From positions 1 to 64,000 of the IMG/VR virus record IMGVR_UViG_3300037512_001142: 64,000 nucleotides of DNA; one strand, written 5' to 3'. Both the position numbers and the translations under genes were made by a program. Origin of the DNA: a virus (lineage: Duplodnaviria > Caudoviricetes). The notes under the pieces are model-generated. The model made no database searches and was not told the DNA's origin. It worked only from the letters and a program-made list of their open reading frames with translations. The first letter of the stretch is position 1. Each line of letters opens with the position of its first letter. This document shows positions 39,964 to 49,500 of this stretch, piece by piece.

Positions 39964-40923
39964 TTAGCAAAACTGGGACGCCCTGTATGCTGTAGAATCA
40001 ACATCAGGTTCCTGTTTTCTAAAACGTTCAGTTAAAGTTTCAGCAGTAGTGTCTTCGACAAAGCGAGACTTGCGGACCGGGCGTTCACGCTGCTCAAAGA
40101 GCTTTGCACGTTCACGACGAACCGTTTCATAATTTTCTGTTTGTTCTTGAACCATCTCGATATAAGGATCAATGTCGCGCTTGGTTTCATTGAGGCTCTT
40201 GTCCTTGAAGAACTTCTTAACCTTTGCACGTTCTGCGACGCTCAAGCTAGCTGTCTTTTCAGCGATAAGAGACTTCTTACCGGAAATTTCAACAAGTTCA
40301 GCAAGACGCATATTTTCGGAAACCTGCTTCTTCAAAGATTCTTCGAGTTCGGCGTTAGTAGCCTTCATGTCACGAATCTTCTTGGAACCAGAGAGATCCA
40401 TCGGAACATATTCTTCTTCAAAGAGGCGCTTGATGCCATCGATGATAGGAGCATAGGTTTCGGTCATGGCCTGCTTCTTGATGAGGCTTGGGTCAATCTT
40501 TTCATTGATATTATATTCGAGGTACTTGTCAAGGCCAGTAATAACCTTTTCTTCGAGTGCTTCAAGCTCTTCGCCGTACTTTTCCTTGAATTTCTTTTCA
40601 AAATATTCAAAGATATACTGTTCGGAGGCGTCTTCGAGCTTCTTCTTATAGGCTTCAACCTTTTCATTGGCTTCCTTTTCGAGAAGAGCTTTCTGTTCCG
40701 CACACCAAGTATTAGCCATTTCTTCTACCTTAGCGGCATTCTGTTCTTTGGCTTCTTTGATTTTTGTCTGAGAAAATTCGTCGGCTTTCTTAGCGAGATC
40801 CTGGGCAATCTTTTCTGTCTGCGCTTTCACCTTTTCATCAACCGCGGCCTCAAAAATCTGTTTGATTTCATTAAGGTCTTCGGCTGAACATACGCCTGAA
40901 AGCTTAGTTAGAAATTTTTCCAT
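39964..40923 (-). CDS. gp22: prohead core scaffolding protein
   Basis: Acidic coiled coil upstream of gp23; IFEAAVDEKVK, GLDKYLEY, IDGIKRLFEEEYV; GGAGG SD before ATG 40923. Confidence 0.88.
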   Translation of the reverse strand: MEKFLTKLSGVCSAEDLNEIKQIFEAAVDEKVKAQTEKIAQDLAKKADEFSQTKIKEAKEQNAAKVEEMANTWCAEQKALLEKEANEKVEAYKKKLEDASEQYIFEYFEKKFKEKYGEELEALEEKVITGLDKYLEYNINEKIDPSLIKKQAMTETYAPIIDGIKRLFEEEYVPMDLSGSKKIRDMKATNAELEESLKKQVSENMRLAELVEISGKKSLIAEKTASLSVAERAKVKKFFKDKSLNETKRDIDPYIEMVQEQTENYETVRRERAKLFEQRERPVRKSRFVEDTTAETLTERFRKQEPDVDSTAYRASQFC

Positions 40924-41068
40924 TGAATCCTCCAATATATTTAGTTTTTTAAAAACTTCTATCGTTTTTATATTTTATTTATACTTGAAAAATTGGAAAA
41001 TTCGCCAAAAGACAAAAGGACCACATGATTAATGGTCCTTATTAATCTTAACTTTTTGAATATTTTGG

Positions 41069-42124
41069 TTATTCTTCGTCGAATGTCATTCCGGCAAGCT
41101 CTGTCTGGGCATATTTTACCAGATCTTCAAGCGGAACTTCGAAATAATCAGCCTCTTCACTATTAGTATTCTCATCATAATTGATAATCATATTGTAAAG
41201 AACTTGGTCATTTCCTGATTTTGCCGTGAATATATTATATAAGTCATAAGGCGAAATAATGAAATTCTCGACATTTCTGTCCATAAAGTCCAAAGCTTCG
41301 TCAATCGACTTACCTTCCAGGGCAACATTCTTGGTCAAAAGGGCAAAATCCTGTACGAACTCGGTATTTACCTGCTGTTCGAATGGAATTCTCTCAGAAT
41401 CTTCCTCATCCCCAGTCACCAAGCTGGATGGAACGCCATTTTCCAGATAATCCTTAAGGGTTTCGACGTCATTTTCAGAAATCGCATAGGAAATCGGGTA
41501 GTCTGGTGTAGCCCATTGGCCATCGGCAGAGTTCGGATTCTTCAAAATATCGCCTGAACGGTGCAAATCACGCAACTTAACGAAATTTGGATTCTTCATC
41601 TGACTATTATATGTCTTCATGACATCTTCCGTATATTTGTCATTCTCACGTCGCATGGCTGCAGCTTCAGGATCGGTGTCCATTTCTTCCGCTTCTGAAT
41701 TTTCAAAGAACTTAATCAGTTCATCGGCCGCATCGATAGGGTCTGTCTTTCCACCATTATAGAACGGAGCAATCTCGTCACGGTTCTTATTATAATAGTC
41801 ATAGACTTCCTTGCTTCCCTGCAAATCCAAAGCGTCAAGGACGTTATCGATAAAAGTATCGATGTCAGAACCTACAGATTCACGGATTCCATGAAGTCCA
41901 ACCTTTTCACGCCCAAAGTTTCGAGTAAGCTCGAATTTGATACACTGTGCGGCGTAATCGGTATCGACTTCATCATAATAGTCAGTAATAATATCAAGAA
42001 TCTTACCGATATACTTCTCAGTATCAACGCCAAGTCGCTTTAACTGCTTAAGGACAGCGGTAGCGTACTTTTCAAACTTAGTCTTGAATAGTGCCGGTGT
42101 TTGGAATAATTTATGCTCGTTCAT
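41069..42124 (-). CDS. acidic hypothetical late protein with repeated helical modules
   Basis: 351 aa; TATAAATA-GTAT-ATG; possible LxE-type site GIRE-S. Confidence 0.7.
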   Translation of the reverse strand: MNEHKLFQTPALFKTKFEKYATAVLKQLKRLGVDTEKYIGKILDIITDYYDEVDTDYAAQCIKFELTRNFGREKVGLHGIRESVGSDIDTFIDNVLDALDLQGSKEVYDYYNKNRDEIAPFYNGGKTDPIDAADELIKFFENSEAEEMDTDPEAAAMRRENDKYTEDVMKTYNSQMKNPNFVKLRDLHRSGDILKNPNSADGQWATPDYPISYAISENDVETLKDYLENGVPSSLVTGDEEDSERIPFEQQVNTEFVQDFALLTKNVALEGKSIDEALDFMDRNVENFIISPYDLYNIFTAKSGNDQVLYNMIINYDENTNSEEADYFEVPLEDLVKYAQTELAGMTFDEE

Positions 42125-42140
42125 ATACTATTTATATAAA

Positions 42141-42164
42141 AAGACCGGATTTTACTCCGGTCTA
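42141..42164 (-). terminator. terminator after gp19
   Basis: AGACCGGA-TTTTAC-TCCGGTCT. Confidence 0.7.
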
Positions 42165-42187
42165 CTATATTATATAAATGTCCAGAA

Positions 42188-42775
42188 TTAGGTCGTAACC
42201 ATTTCGAAGTTGGAATAACTGAAGGTACAGCTACGAGTAACCTTACCGTCCTGTTCGGCGCCGAGGTCAGAAGTAGCGATAGTCTTCGGGAATACACGGT
42301 AGAGAACCCACTTGATAGGGAGGAGCTTCTTCAACGTGGAATCGTAAAGAAGAATTTCAACCGTAGCGGTGTAATCCTTAGCGTAGTTAGACGAAGCACC
42401 ACCAGTTACACGACCAGCAACATCAATATCGTTTTCAAAACCCTGGCTGAAAAGCAAGTTAGCCCAGCGGTGCAAGGCAATAGAAACGGACAAATCCTGG
42501 AATTCATCGAACTGAACCGTGAATTCACCGGCGACCGTAGCCTTACCCGGATAGACGAGCTTAGAACCCATGTAATGAGTTTCGATAGTATTGAATTCCT
42601 TCTGAGGAATCGTCATAGTCTTTGCACAGAGCATGAGCTCTTCAGTGTCAAGAATATCTGAAAGCGCAGAACCTTTTTCATACAAAAAGTTAACCTGGAA
42701 TAGATATTGCTTAACTAAGTCTGGCTTATTTACAATGCTTGTCGTAAAAACCGACATATTATTTTGTCCTGCCAT
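42188..42775 (-). CDS. gp19: tail tube protein
   Basis: YLFQVNF, CAKTMTIPQKEFNTIETHYMGSKLVYPG, VFPKTI..CTFSYSNFE. Confidence 0.92.
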   Translation of the reverse strand: MAGQNNMSVFTTSIVNKPDLVKQYLFQVNFLYEKGSALSDILDTEELMLCAKTMTIPQKEFNTIETHYMGSKLVYPGKATVAGEFTVQFDEFQDLSVSIALHRWANLLFSQGFENDIDVAGRVTGGASSNYAKDYTATVEILLYDSTLKKLLPIKWVLYRVFPKTIATSDLGAEQDGKVTRSCTFSYSNFEMVTT

Positions 42776-42968
42776 AAAAATCTCCTTAATTATATAAGCT
42801 TTGTATTATTTATAGAATTAAAAAATCTCTTTATGGCACGAAAATTTAGAAAAATGCCAAAATTAGCCAAAACTTCCGAAGTTCCTGATATAAATAATAT
42901 ATAGTTTACATAAGTGAGTGAGTGAAATTTCTATATTTTTTACATTTTATTAATTTTAGGAGATACCT

Positions 42969-45900
42969 ATGGCAAAATATTCAGTGCCAGGAATTCGTTT
43001 TACGGAAATTGACAATACAATCCGTACTGAATCCGAACCGGGCCTTGGAATTGGCGCTATCGTCATGAAATCCAACAAGGGTCCTGTCAACCAGCGTATT
43101 GTTACCCGTAATTATAATGAATTCGTAGAAGTCTTCGGTGAACCCGAATCCTTGACCGACTACGGTCACTTCGCAGCCGAAAACTATTTCGCAAATTCCA
43201 CCCAGCTTTTTGCCGTTCGTGCAACTATGGGTGATGAACAGTATGCACAGCTTCAGTTTGCATATCCGGACGCCGTAGACGTTAACAAGTCTAGCGACAC
43301 CGGTGTTTTCAAGTATGTCGACTCTCAGTCCGACTACCAGCTCAAGCTCATTCCGAAGCTTAGCACAGTTGATAAGAACATTGAGTCTCTTACTGGCAAG
43401 GGCGAATGGCAAGTTCCGACTGGTCTTACCGGTGATGACCCAAGCGACTCGTTCTATCTTTACAAGGACGCACGCTATGACATATTCAAGGACATTTTCT
43501 CTAAGAGTAACGACGTCGTAGTTTATAAGACTCTCGGTCAAGAACCGAAAAACAACAGCGACATCCCTAAGGGTGAACACGTTAATTACCCGAAGCGTTG
43601 GGATAATGATATTGCTGTCGTTGATGAACTTATTTTCACAGAAGAAGCATGGAATACGCTTTCTGCTGATAAGGACATGATTACCTATACAACCTCCACC
43701 CCAGGTGAAGGCGGTAAGCGTGAAATTATTATTACTATTCCTGCTGATAATACCTTGAACAAGAGTGCTACAACCATTCAGTTCTACGGTATGAACTCTG
43801 CCGTTAGTGGCTGGGGTACTTCCGGTGTTGCATATAATGAAATCTTCACTAAGGAGAATTTCTATGACCCGAATGACCAGCTCGATGATGCTTGGTCTAA
43901 TCCTACCGCTACTTATCGTGCAACGCAGGCATATAAGATGTCTATCTGTGACTGGGAAGACCCAGATACTCCGAAGACATACTATGTTGACGCCGATTCT
44001 ATCGATGATGATTATGACCAGAGCTCTGTTTCCGGCATTGCTTACACTGAATATGGCTACGTTGATGAAACTTATGACATTATCAGTGATTACGTTGTTA
44101 AGGAAGTTAGCGATATTCCGGCTGGTCTTCTCAAGATTGAACCGATTGCTGATATGTACAAAGATACTACCAGCGGTTACGATCCGGTAACTCAGAAGGA
44201 TAACGTATCTCCTCGTGATATTGTTAACCGTGTAATGGACGATAACGGTATTACCGATATTTCCGAAATCACCAACTATACATACCTCCGTTATGTAAGT
44301 GTTCTTGATAACTTGTCTGTTATCGAACGTATCGTTAAGGAAAAGCCGGAAGAATTGACAAAGAAGATTAACACCGACCTCTTCTACCTCATTGCCGATT
44401 CTGACAATAATGTGTTCAAGAAGATTCCAGTCTTCGAATCCGATCAGATTGCTCCGGCAATTAATCCGATTGTTCCTGGCTGGCAGTATGGTCCTGATAA
44501 TAGCAAGACTGTTGATAGCATTGTTGCTACTCCGACCTCGTATCTCGTCAACTCTGTTGACAAGACTTACGCCGACGGTTATACAGTTTTGACCCAATCC
44601 GAAGATGAACCTGGTAACGGCGATATTGAAAAGTATGTCAGCCTCCCGGATCAGCTCGTCATTGCTTCTATTGGTCCTGGTAAGTATGGTAACGATGTTG
44701 GTATTTCCATCATCACTACCGAATGTGCCAATATTAAGGCTCTCCAGCATCAGAATGCTTTCAACTGGAAGTATGCGTATGATGACGAAGACCTCGTTAA
44801 CAAGGACACTACCGGTATCGACCAGAACCCGCAGGATTTGACTTGGAAGAAGGTCTTCCGTATTAACGTTTATGTAAAGAACAAGACCCAGACCGCCGCT
44901 GGCGCATGGGGAACCGGTATGGATGCTCTCTTGAAGGATCCTGCTGAATCTTGGTTCGTTTCGACTGACCCGCTTGCTAAGGACGCTGACGGTAATCCGC
45001 TCTTCGCTCCGACTGTAATTAACGGTCACTCCGATTACATCTACATTTCTCGTAATTCTACAAATGCAGCTCTTGACTGTAAGGGTAACTACTTGCAGCC
45101 TAAGCAGACCTACTCTGTTTACGCTCTTGAAGGTGGTCGCAACTCTCAGAAGAACAACATCTCTGAAAAGACCGCGGCTCTCAACTTCTACCGTGACCGT
45201 CAGAAGGCTAATTTCGACATCTTGTTCAACGTAGACGCTATTGATACATTCAATGGTCGTCAGCGCTACAACGCTCACCAGCGCAAGATTGCTGAAATTG
45301 CTGCAAACCGTACTATGGATATTGGTGTTGTTCAGGTTACTTCCAAGGCTGCAAAGACTTGTAAGGCCATGATTTCCGAAGCTAAGATGTTTACATTCGC
45401 TAATGGTTCGTATATCGCTGAATACGGTGGTTACGATAAGTATTACAATGCTACTCTTGCTGCATGGATTTACTTGCCGAAGTCTGTCGCTGGTGCATGC
45501 GCAATGGCTCACTGCGATACTTTCGATTATCCTTGGATGGCCCCTGCTGGTGTTGCACGTGGTACAATCCCGTACACAACCGGTCAGTTGCTCCGCTTGA
45601 GCGATAACGAAATCGGTCAGCTCTACGATAATAACGTCAATACAACCCGTGACTGTGGTGGTTATGGTGTCGTTCTCTGGGGTCAGAAAACTGCTCTCAA
45701 GAAGAACAGTCTCCTCAACCGTATCAATGTCCGTCGTTGCTTGAACTACATCGAAAAGCAGCTCGAGAACATGATGACGCCTTACCTCTTCATGCAGAAC
45801 TCTGTTAATACTCGTTCGTCCGCACGTAATGACATTGACTCGTTCTTGCAGCGTGTTAAGGCAGCGGAAGGTATCGAATCTTACGCCTTGAGCGTCACTC

Positions 45901-46025
45901 AGGATCCTGAGGACCCGACAATCATGAACGTAAATATTCGTCTCGTACCTATCAGTGCAATCGAATTCATTGATGTTAAGATTATCATTAACCGTAGCAG
46001 TGGTGTCACAGTCGCTGAAGGTTAA
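42969..46025 (+). CDS. gp18: tail sheath protein with a large internal insertion
   Basis: SVPGIRFTEID, GPVNQR, FGEP, PWMAPAGVARG, VVLWGQKT, RINVRR, PISAIEFI; 1018 aa. Confidence 0.95.
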   Translation: MAKYSVPGIRFTEIDNTIRTESEPGLGIGAIVMKSNKGPVNQRIVTRNYNEFVEVFGEPESLTDYGHFAAENYFANSTQLFAVRATMGDEQYAQLQFAYPDAVDVNKSSDTGVFKYVDSQSDYQLKLIPKLSTVDKNIESLTGKGEWQVPTGLTGDDPSDSFYLYKDARYDIFKDIFSKSNDVVVYKTLGQEPKNNSDIPKGEHVNYPKRWDNDIAVVDELIFTEEAWNTLSADKDMITYTTSTPGEGGKREIIITIPADNTLNKSATTIQFYGMNSAVSGWGTSGVAYNEIFTKENFYDPNDQLDDAWSNPTATYRATQAYKMSICDWEDPDTPKTYYVDADSIDDDYDQSSVSGIAYTEYGYVDETYDIISDYVVKEVSDIPAGLLKIEPIADMYKDTTSGYDPVTQKDNVSPRDIVNRVMDDNGITDISEITNYTYLRYVSVLDNLSVIERIVKEKPEELTKKINTDLFYLIADSDNNVFKKIPVFESDQIAPAINPIVPGWQYGPDNSKTVDSIVATPTSYLVNSVDKTYADGYTVLTQSEDEPGNGDIEKYVSLPDQLVIASIGPGKYGNDVGISIITTECANIKALQHQNAFNWKYAYDDEDLVNKDTTGIDQNPQDLTWKKVFRINVYVKNKTQTAAGAWGTGMDALLKDPAESWFVSTDPLAKDADGNPLFAPTVINGHSDYIYISRNSTNAALDCKGNYLQPKQTYSVYALEGGRNSQKNNISEKTAALNFYRDRQKANFDILFNVDAIDTFNGRQRYNAHQRKIAEIAANRTMDIGVVQVTSKAAKTCKAMISEAKMFTFANGSYIAEYGGYDKYYNATLAAWIYLPKSVAGACAMAHCDTFDYPWMAPAGVARGTIPYTTGQLLRLSDNEIGQLYDNNVNTTRDCGGYGVVLWGQKTALKKNSLLNRINVRRCLNYIEKQLENMMTPYLFMQNSVNTRSSARNDIDSFLQRVKAAEGIESYALSVTQDPEDPTIMNVNIRLVPISAIEFIDVKIIINRSSGVTVAEG

Positions 46026-46047
46026 TTCTTAAGCAAAACCTTATAAT

Positions 46048-46075
46048 AAATCACCTATCGCAAGATAGGTGATTT
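46048..46075 (+). terminator. terminator after gp18
   Basis: AAATCACCTATC-GCAA-GATAGGTGATTT. Confidence 0.85.
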
Positions 46076-46096
46076 TCTTTATGATATAAATATAAC

Positions 46097-49036
46097 ATGG
46101 ATTATAAATTATCGGAAAATATTGAAATGAGTGCCTATGAGGCAACGCTCACCTTCGACGAAAACGTTAACCAGTATGCGAATTCTGAAAACTTTGAAGT
46201 CAGATTATATGACCTCTATACGAATACAACCCGTACAATAAACTATAATGAATTTCCTGGTTATGGTATTACAAATACCGATAGCGACTTGGCAAACCGT
46301 GCGAAGAAGAGCTTTTATGACCATAATGGCCTTTTGATGTATTTCGATGGACCAAACAAGTTTTATTTCAAACAGTTATTGCTTTCCAAGAGTCCAGAAA
46401 ATGCCGTGGTCGGTTTCCATAGTTCTGAAATAACAATTTATTTTTCCGATGATAAGGTTGTTACATTTAATTCCATTCTTCTCCCAAAGATTGTAAGAAA
46501 CGAAAAGATTGTTCAGGTTGATTCAAGCTTGCCGGATCCTGTTTTGTCTGCTTCTAACTTAAGACAGGAATTCGATTATAATAAACCCGTTGACCCAGAT
46601 TATCTAAATCGTGTTGTCGCCGATTATGACCCGGGTGATACTAACGGTATTTACGTCAATACTTTCAATAACGATACCAATGTTCCTTGTTATTACAGTC
46701 AATTATCTGCATTTACAGATACTGTTTTTACAGAATATGACCCGATAGAACTTTCCGAGCCTGAATCGTATATTTACGATGAGACCACGAACGAAAAATA
46801 TGACATATATTATACTTCTGGTCAAGATTCGCCGAAGACATCAGTATTTGAATTTGCTGATGGCTATAATACTGAACTTGTTTATTATGAATTCAATCAA
46901 TATCTTTCTGCAGATGACGGAAAGCTCCATAAGAATAAGCTCGTATTTAATTTGAATGTCAATGGTGTTCCTGCTCCTGAAATTTTGGAACCGTTACAAA
47001 TTGAAATTATATCTAATCCAGATAGTGGTATTCTTAGTAAATCCAATAATACTGGTACAATGCATGTTATAGTATATAATCCAAATATTAACTATCGCGA
47101 CACCGCACCAAATATAGTTATTACTGGTAATCCAACAACAGTATCTGAATATGAATATGATAAAGATACTGGTTATCTTGAATTTGATATGACAGTATCT
47201 TTTGGCGACGTTAAGTCCGATGAAATAGATAGTAATTATTTCTTAAATAGAACCATTACTATCATGGTTACTGCATCACTAGATGATGATATTGTCGAAC
47301 CAGTAAGTGCTCAAAAAATCTGGAGATATAAGAAAACGCCGTTAAATAAGTTAGATATTAAAATAACCGACTTTCAACCACCTACTGGTATTCTAACAAA
47401 TCAACAAACTGGTAGTATTAAATTTAAAATCACAAATTCAAATAGCGATTTTATTATTACTGAAGATAATACGAAAATTGAACTTCATGATACTCTTGGT
47501 ATTCATGATGACGAAGAAATTACCGTAAATATCGACGATTCAACAGAAAATACAATAATTGTTGAATATGGAAATATATCTATTTTAGTTGGTGATGATT
47601 TAACCTTACATCTTGAAGCTGGCATTTATGATACAAATGATGACTGGGACGCAACCGAGGTTAAAGAACAAACTTGGGCAGAATCCGATTCACGTAAATA
47701 TACAAAACGAACTATAAATTTACAGCCATTAAAAATTACTTATTCTGACTATGAATCTAATGAACCGCCAGCATACGAAGATGGCGTTCACTGGTTAACA
47801 AATGACCGTGACGATTCTGATTATCCACAAATTGGATATGTATTAGTAACTATCTATAATCCAAACGAAGATTATAGAGATTCAGATAAAATTCTATGTA
47901 GTTTAACTAATGTACCTAGAAATGCAGCCTATCAATTTAGTGATAGTAGTTATTCTTCTAATGGTAAATGTTATTTCACAATAAATGGTGTTGAATTAAC
48001 ACGTACTTTTAGTGCAACTTCTGCTACTACTAATGCCTATTTAACTTATGATTTTTCGGAATATGGTTATGATGAATCACAAGTTAGACTTGATACTGAA
48101 ATAACGAAAGATTCTGAACTATGGAAATATAAAGTAATTAAGCCGGATATTTATCCATATGATGACTTTGCACGATTCAGCTTATATTGTCTTTCCGATC
48201 TTACATTAAATGGTGGTAAAATTGGAAGTAAGGATATTGCATGTAAAAACTTGACCGTTGAAAACCAAGCAAATGTTTATTCAGATGTATATGTTGCCAG
48301 CGGATGTTCTGTTACTTGTAATGCAACAAATACATTCCATGGTACATTACATACACAGAATCTTTACGTTAATAACCCTAACCATTTTGAAGATGCGGTT
48401 TATATCAGTGAAAATTTAATTGCTGGTGGTGGTCCAACTACGATTCCATCTGCATATATTGCCGACGGATGTCATGTTGAATTAAATAACGGTTCTATAA
48501 TTGAAAATCGTTATGAATGGTCTAATCCAACATTCCCAACATTATCTGGAATACCTACGGAACCTGTAATTGTCGGTACAGAAGATGTTTATGGTGCTAG
48601 ACAATTTGGTATTAACGGTGCATACACTGCAGAAAGCTACAGAAATTTAAATGTTGGTAATAATGTGGTACTTACATTCTATCCTGGTAAATATTACTTT
48701 GATAGTATTAACCTTGGTGTTGATTGTACTTTCGATATTCATAATGATGAATCTACAGAAACCGAAGATAAATCCGTTATGATTTATACGAATAACTTCC
48801 AAGCCGGTGACAGATTTAAAATGAATCAAGATAGCAATGGTCCATTCGACTTCCGACTTTATTATGGCGGTATTGCGACTGCATCCATTGGTACTCAAGG
48901 TTATTCAATGGCTGGAACCATTATCGCACCGAGTGGAACAGTCAGATTCAATAACTTCTTTACATGGGTTGGTCATGTATGGGCCAAGGAAGTTTATCTG
49001 GCAAACGGTGCCTCAATCGATAACAACAATACATAA
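46097..49036 (+). CDS. putative virion appendage: Ig-like repeats plus C-terminal beta-helix adhesin-like domain
   Basis: TATAAATA-TAAC-ATG; three PLxI..G..v.v.NPN modules; C-terminal PGKYYFDSINL..GTIIAPSGTV..GHVWAKEV. Confidence 0.6.
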   Translation: MDYKLSENIEMSAYEATLTFDENVNQYANSENFEVRLYDLYTNTTRTINYNEFPGYGITNTDSDLANRAKKSFYDHNGLLMYFDGPNKFYFKQLLLSKSPENAVVGFHSSEITIYFSDDKVVTFNSILLPKIVRNEKIVQVDSSLPDPVLSASNLRQEFDYNKPVDPDYLNRVVADYDPGDTNGIYVNTFNNDTNVPCYYSQLSAFTDTVFTEYDPIELSEPESYIYDETTNEKYDIYYTSGQDSPKTSVFEFADGYNTELVYYEFNQYLSADDGKLHKNKLVFNLNVNGVPAPEILEPLQIEIISNPDSGILSKSNNTGTMHVIVYNPNINYRDTAPNIVITGNPTTVSEYEYDKDTGYLEFDMTVSFGDVKSDEIDSNYFLNRTITIMVTASLDDDIVEPVSAQKIWRYKKTPLNKLDIKITDFQPPTGILTNQQTGSIKFKITNSNSDFIITEDNTKIELHDTLGIHDDEEITVNIDDSTENTIIVEYGNISILVGDDLTLHLEAGIYDTNDDWDATEVKEQTWAESDSRKYTKRTINLQPLKITYSDYESNEPPAYEDGVHWLTNDRDDSDYPQIGYVLVTIYNPNEDYRDSDKILCSLTNVPRNAAYQFSDSSYSSNGKCYFTINGVELTRTFSATSATTNAYLTYDFSEYGYDESQVRLDTEITKDSELWKYKVIKPDIYPYDDFARFSLYCLSDLTLNGGKIGSKDIACKNLTVENQANVYSDVYVASGCSVTCNATNTFHGTLHTQNLYVNNPNHFEDAVYISENLIAGGGPTTIPSAYIADGCHVELNNGSIIENRYEWSNPTFPTLSGIPTEPVIVGTEDVYGARQFGINGAYTAESYRNLNVGNNVVLTFYPGKYYFDSINLGVDCTFDIHNDESTETEDKSVMIYTNNFQAGDRFKMNQDSNGPFDFRLYYGGIATASIGTQGYSMAGTIIAPSGTVRFNNFFTWVGHVWAKEVYLANGASIDNNNT

Positions 49037-49040
49037 AAAT

Positions 49041-49067
49041 AAAACCTGGTCAAAAGACCAGGTTTTT
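49041..49067. terminator. bidirectional terminator
   Basis: AAAACCTGGTC-AAAA-GACCAGGTTTT. Confidence 0.85.
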
Positions 49068-49085
49068 ATTAAGGTTAAACTTTAA

Positions 49086-49472
49086 TTAACCTTGTCCCAT
49101 TGGAGGAATACAGTTTCCAGGCATGCAACCAGGGCCCAAACAGCTTCCGACCTGAGTATCAGGACAAACCTTCCAAGGAGTCTCGAGAACGTGTGTATGT
49201 CCATCGCCACAAGGCTGAACCACGCCGTTAAGAATCAAGTGGGTATGTCCGCCAACCTTCGTAATCGGAGTCGGAGCATTAAGGTTAGCCGGTTCGCATA
49301 TTGCATCAGATGTCCAGCCATAGCCGAATTCGTTCCAAATCAAGAATTCGTGATGGTGCGGACCCATAACATCTGTACCTGAGAAAGTATCGGTACGTCC
49401 AACCTGGGACGTATTCTCGTTAAGGGCAAGCTTAACTTCGTCATTAACGTATTCTGAAAAATTTTTCTTCAT
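49086..49472 (-). CDS. His/Cys-rich putative metal-binding protein (YmaF-like HxH repeats) with CTS-like leader
   Basis: GPHHHE, GGHTHL, DGHTHV; MKKNFSEYVND..LNE leader; TATAAATA 49489-49496, GAGGT SD. Confidence 0.65.
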   Translation of the reverse strand: MKKNFSEYVNDEVKLALNENTSQVGRTDTFSGTDVMGPHHHEFLIWNEFGYGWTSDAICEPANLNAPTPITKVGGHTHLILNGVVQPCGDGHTHVLETPWKVCPDTQVGSCLGPGCMPGNCIPPMGQG

Positions 49473-49500
49473 TTAAAACCTCTATATCTATTTATAATTT

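Noticed and set aside
42981-45512. 843-aa antisense ORF opposite gp18 (also 5114-6193 opposite uvsW, 38663-39883 opposite gp23, 49870-50985 opposite gp20, 26690-27988)
   Set aside because: Shadow ORFs expected from the biased codon usage of the sense genes; no motifs, promoters or SD sites
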